Shown: piece after piece, positions 63,146 to 64,000 of the stretch
Layout: each line of letters begins with the position of its first letter
How positions within the stretch are numbered: the stretch's first letter is position 1
Assembly: GCA_030265395.1 (NCBI GenBank)
Contig: JARFYF010000060.1
Location: forward strand, 15,292,141 to 15,356,140
DNA length: 64,000 bases
DNA from: Rhina ancylostomus
Lineage: Eukaryota
Direction of reading: 5' to 3'
The notes under the pieces: model-generated
What the model was told of the DNA's origin: nothing
Database searches by the model: none
The model's input: only the letters and a program-made list of their open reading frames with translations
Made by a program: the position numbers and the translations under genes

Positions 63146-64000
63146 ATCTAAAATCGGCAACAGGAGTTGGAAGGAAAATTAGAAGAAATTCCTTCACACA
63201 GAGCTTGCTAAGAAGTGGAATACATTACCTGAATGTGTGGTGGATTCTGATTCCATAGGAACTTTCAAAGGACAGTTATAGATGTAGTTTCACAGGATGA
63301 TTGCTGGTTACAGGACAAGGCTGACGAGAGGGACTGATTGCAGGGCAATTTCAATGAGCCACCACCAGTATTGATAGAACCACTTTTCTGTACCTAGGAT
63401 TCTATAATTCTATCACAGCCAAACCTTGCTCAGACATTTCACCAGGGATCACTGAGAAAAGATAAGGAGAAGTGATGCTGGGTGATTTTTTTCCCTCACA
63501 AATAATGAGGTACTGGTTCAAATGATCATTGAACCTGGAGCACCTTAATGCATGACTTAATTATTCTCCAAACTCACTGAGCCATACATCTGGTAACTTA
63601 CTGATGACAGTGAATGAATCGGTTGAATGTAACATAATATGTGTGCATTCATGTGGTGGTTATTGCTAAAACTGCCTACTTCCATCTTACTGGCACTAAT
63701 TTTTATCAAAGAAAGAACACAGACTCCCTGTTTAGGGAGTATGCAGCATTTAATTTTTACATTTTTTAAAATCAAATAATGTTCAGTAAAGATTGTCATG
63801 GAGGCACACGATAGTTTGTACCTCATCCATCTTGCACCTGTGTTCTTGGAGGCATAAAAACTGACATAATCTGGCATCCAAAAATGAATCTGCCTCAGAT
63901 AACAGATGTCAAAACCTGTCTTTGGAACAATGACTCATTCACTTGAAGACTCCAGACTCCATGTCTGAACATCAGTGAAGCCAACAGAATAATGAAGCTA

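Overview
Vertebrate genomic DNA, most likely from a cartilaginous fish (shark, ray or sawfish). This is inferred from the repeat complement: CR1 LINEs, V-SINE/HE1-like and Deu-domain SINEs, L2, RTE, Rex/Babar and Penelope-like elements (PLEs). No host protein-coding exon could be recognised, and all ORFs with a recognisable product are decayed retrotransposon fragments. The main host landmark is a CpG island at about 46.1-46.9 kb, probably a promoter and first exon. Splice signals suggest an unidentified minus-strand gene whose 5' introns span the left ~46 kb, possibly with a divergent + transcript. Three signals stand out. (1) Many short PLE-derived insertions, often palindromic, several with 10-15 bp target-site duplications (TSDs), carry hammerhead-ribozyme cores; one at 57780-57816 looks intact. 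(2) At least five inverted copies of nearby sequence appear inserted into older repeats, one with twin-priming-like geometry. (3) A cluster of NF-kB consensus sites lies at 59.6-60.5 kb. Assembly gaps (N runs): 6921-6986, 11908-12007, 21387-21389, 30266-30365, 33081-33180, 35701-35742, 39496-39783, 41835-41934, 46019-46118, 47706-47801, 61497-61596. Repeat boundaries are approximate, and family names come from recalled motif similarity rather than database searches.
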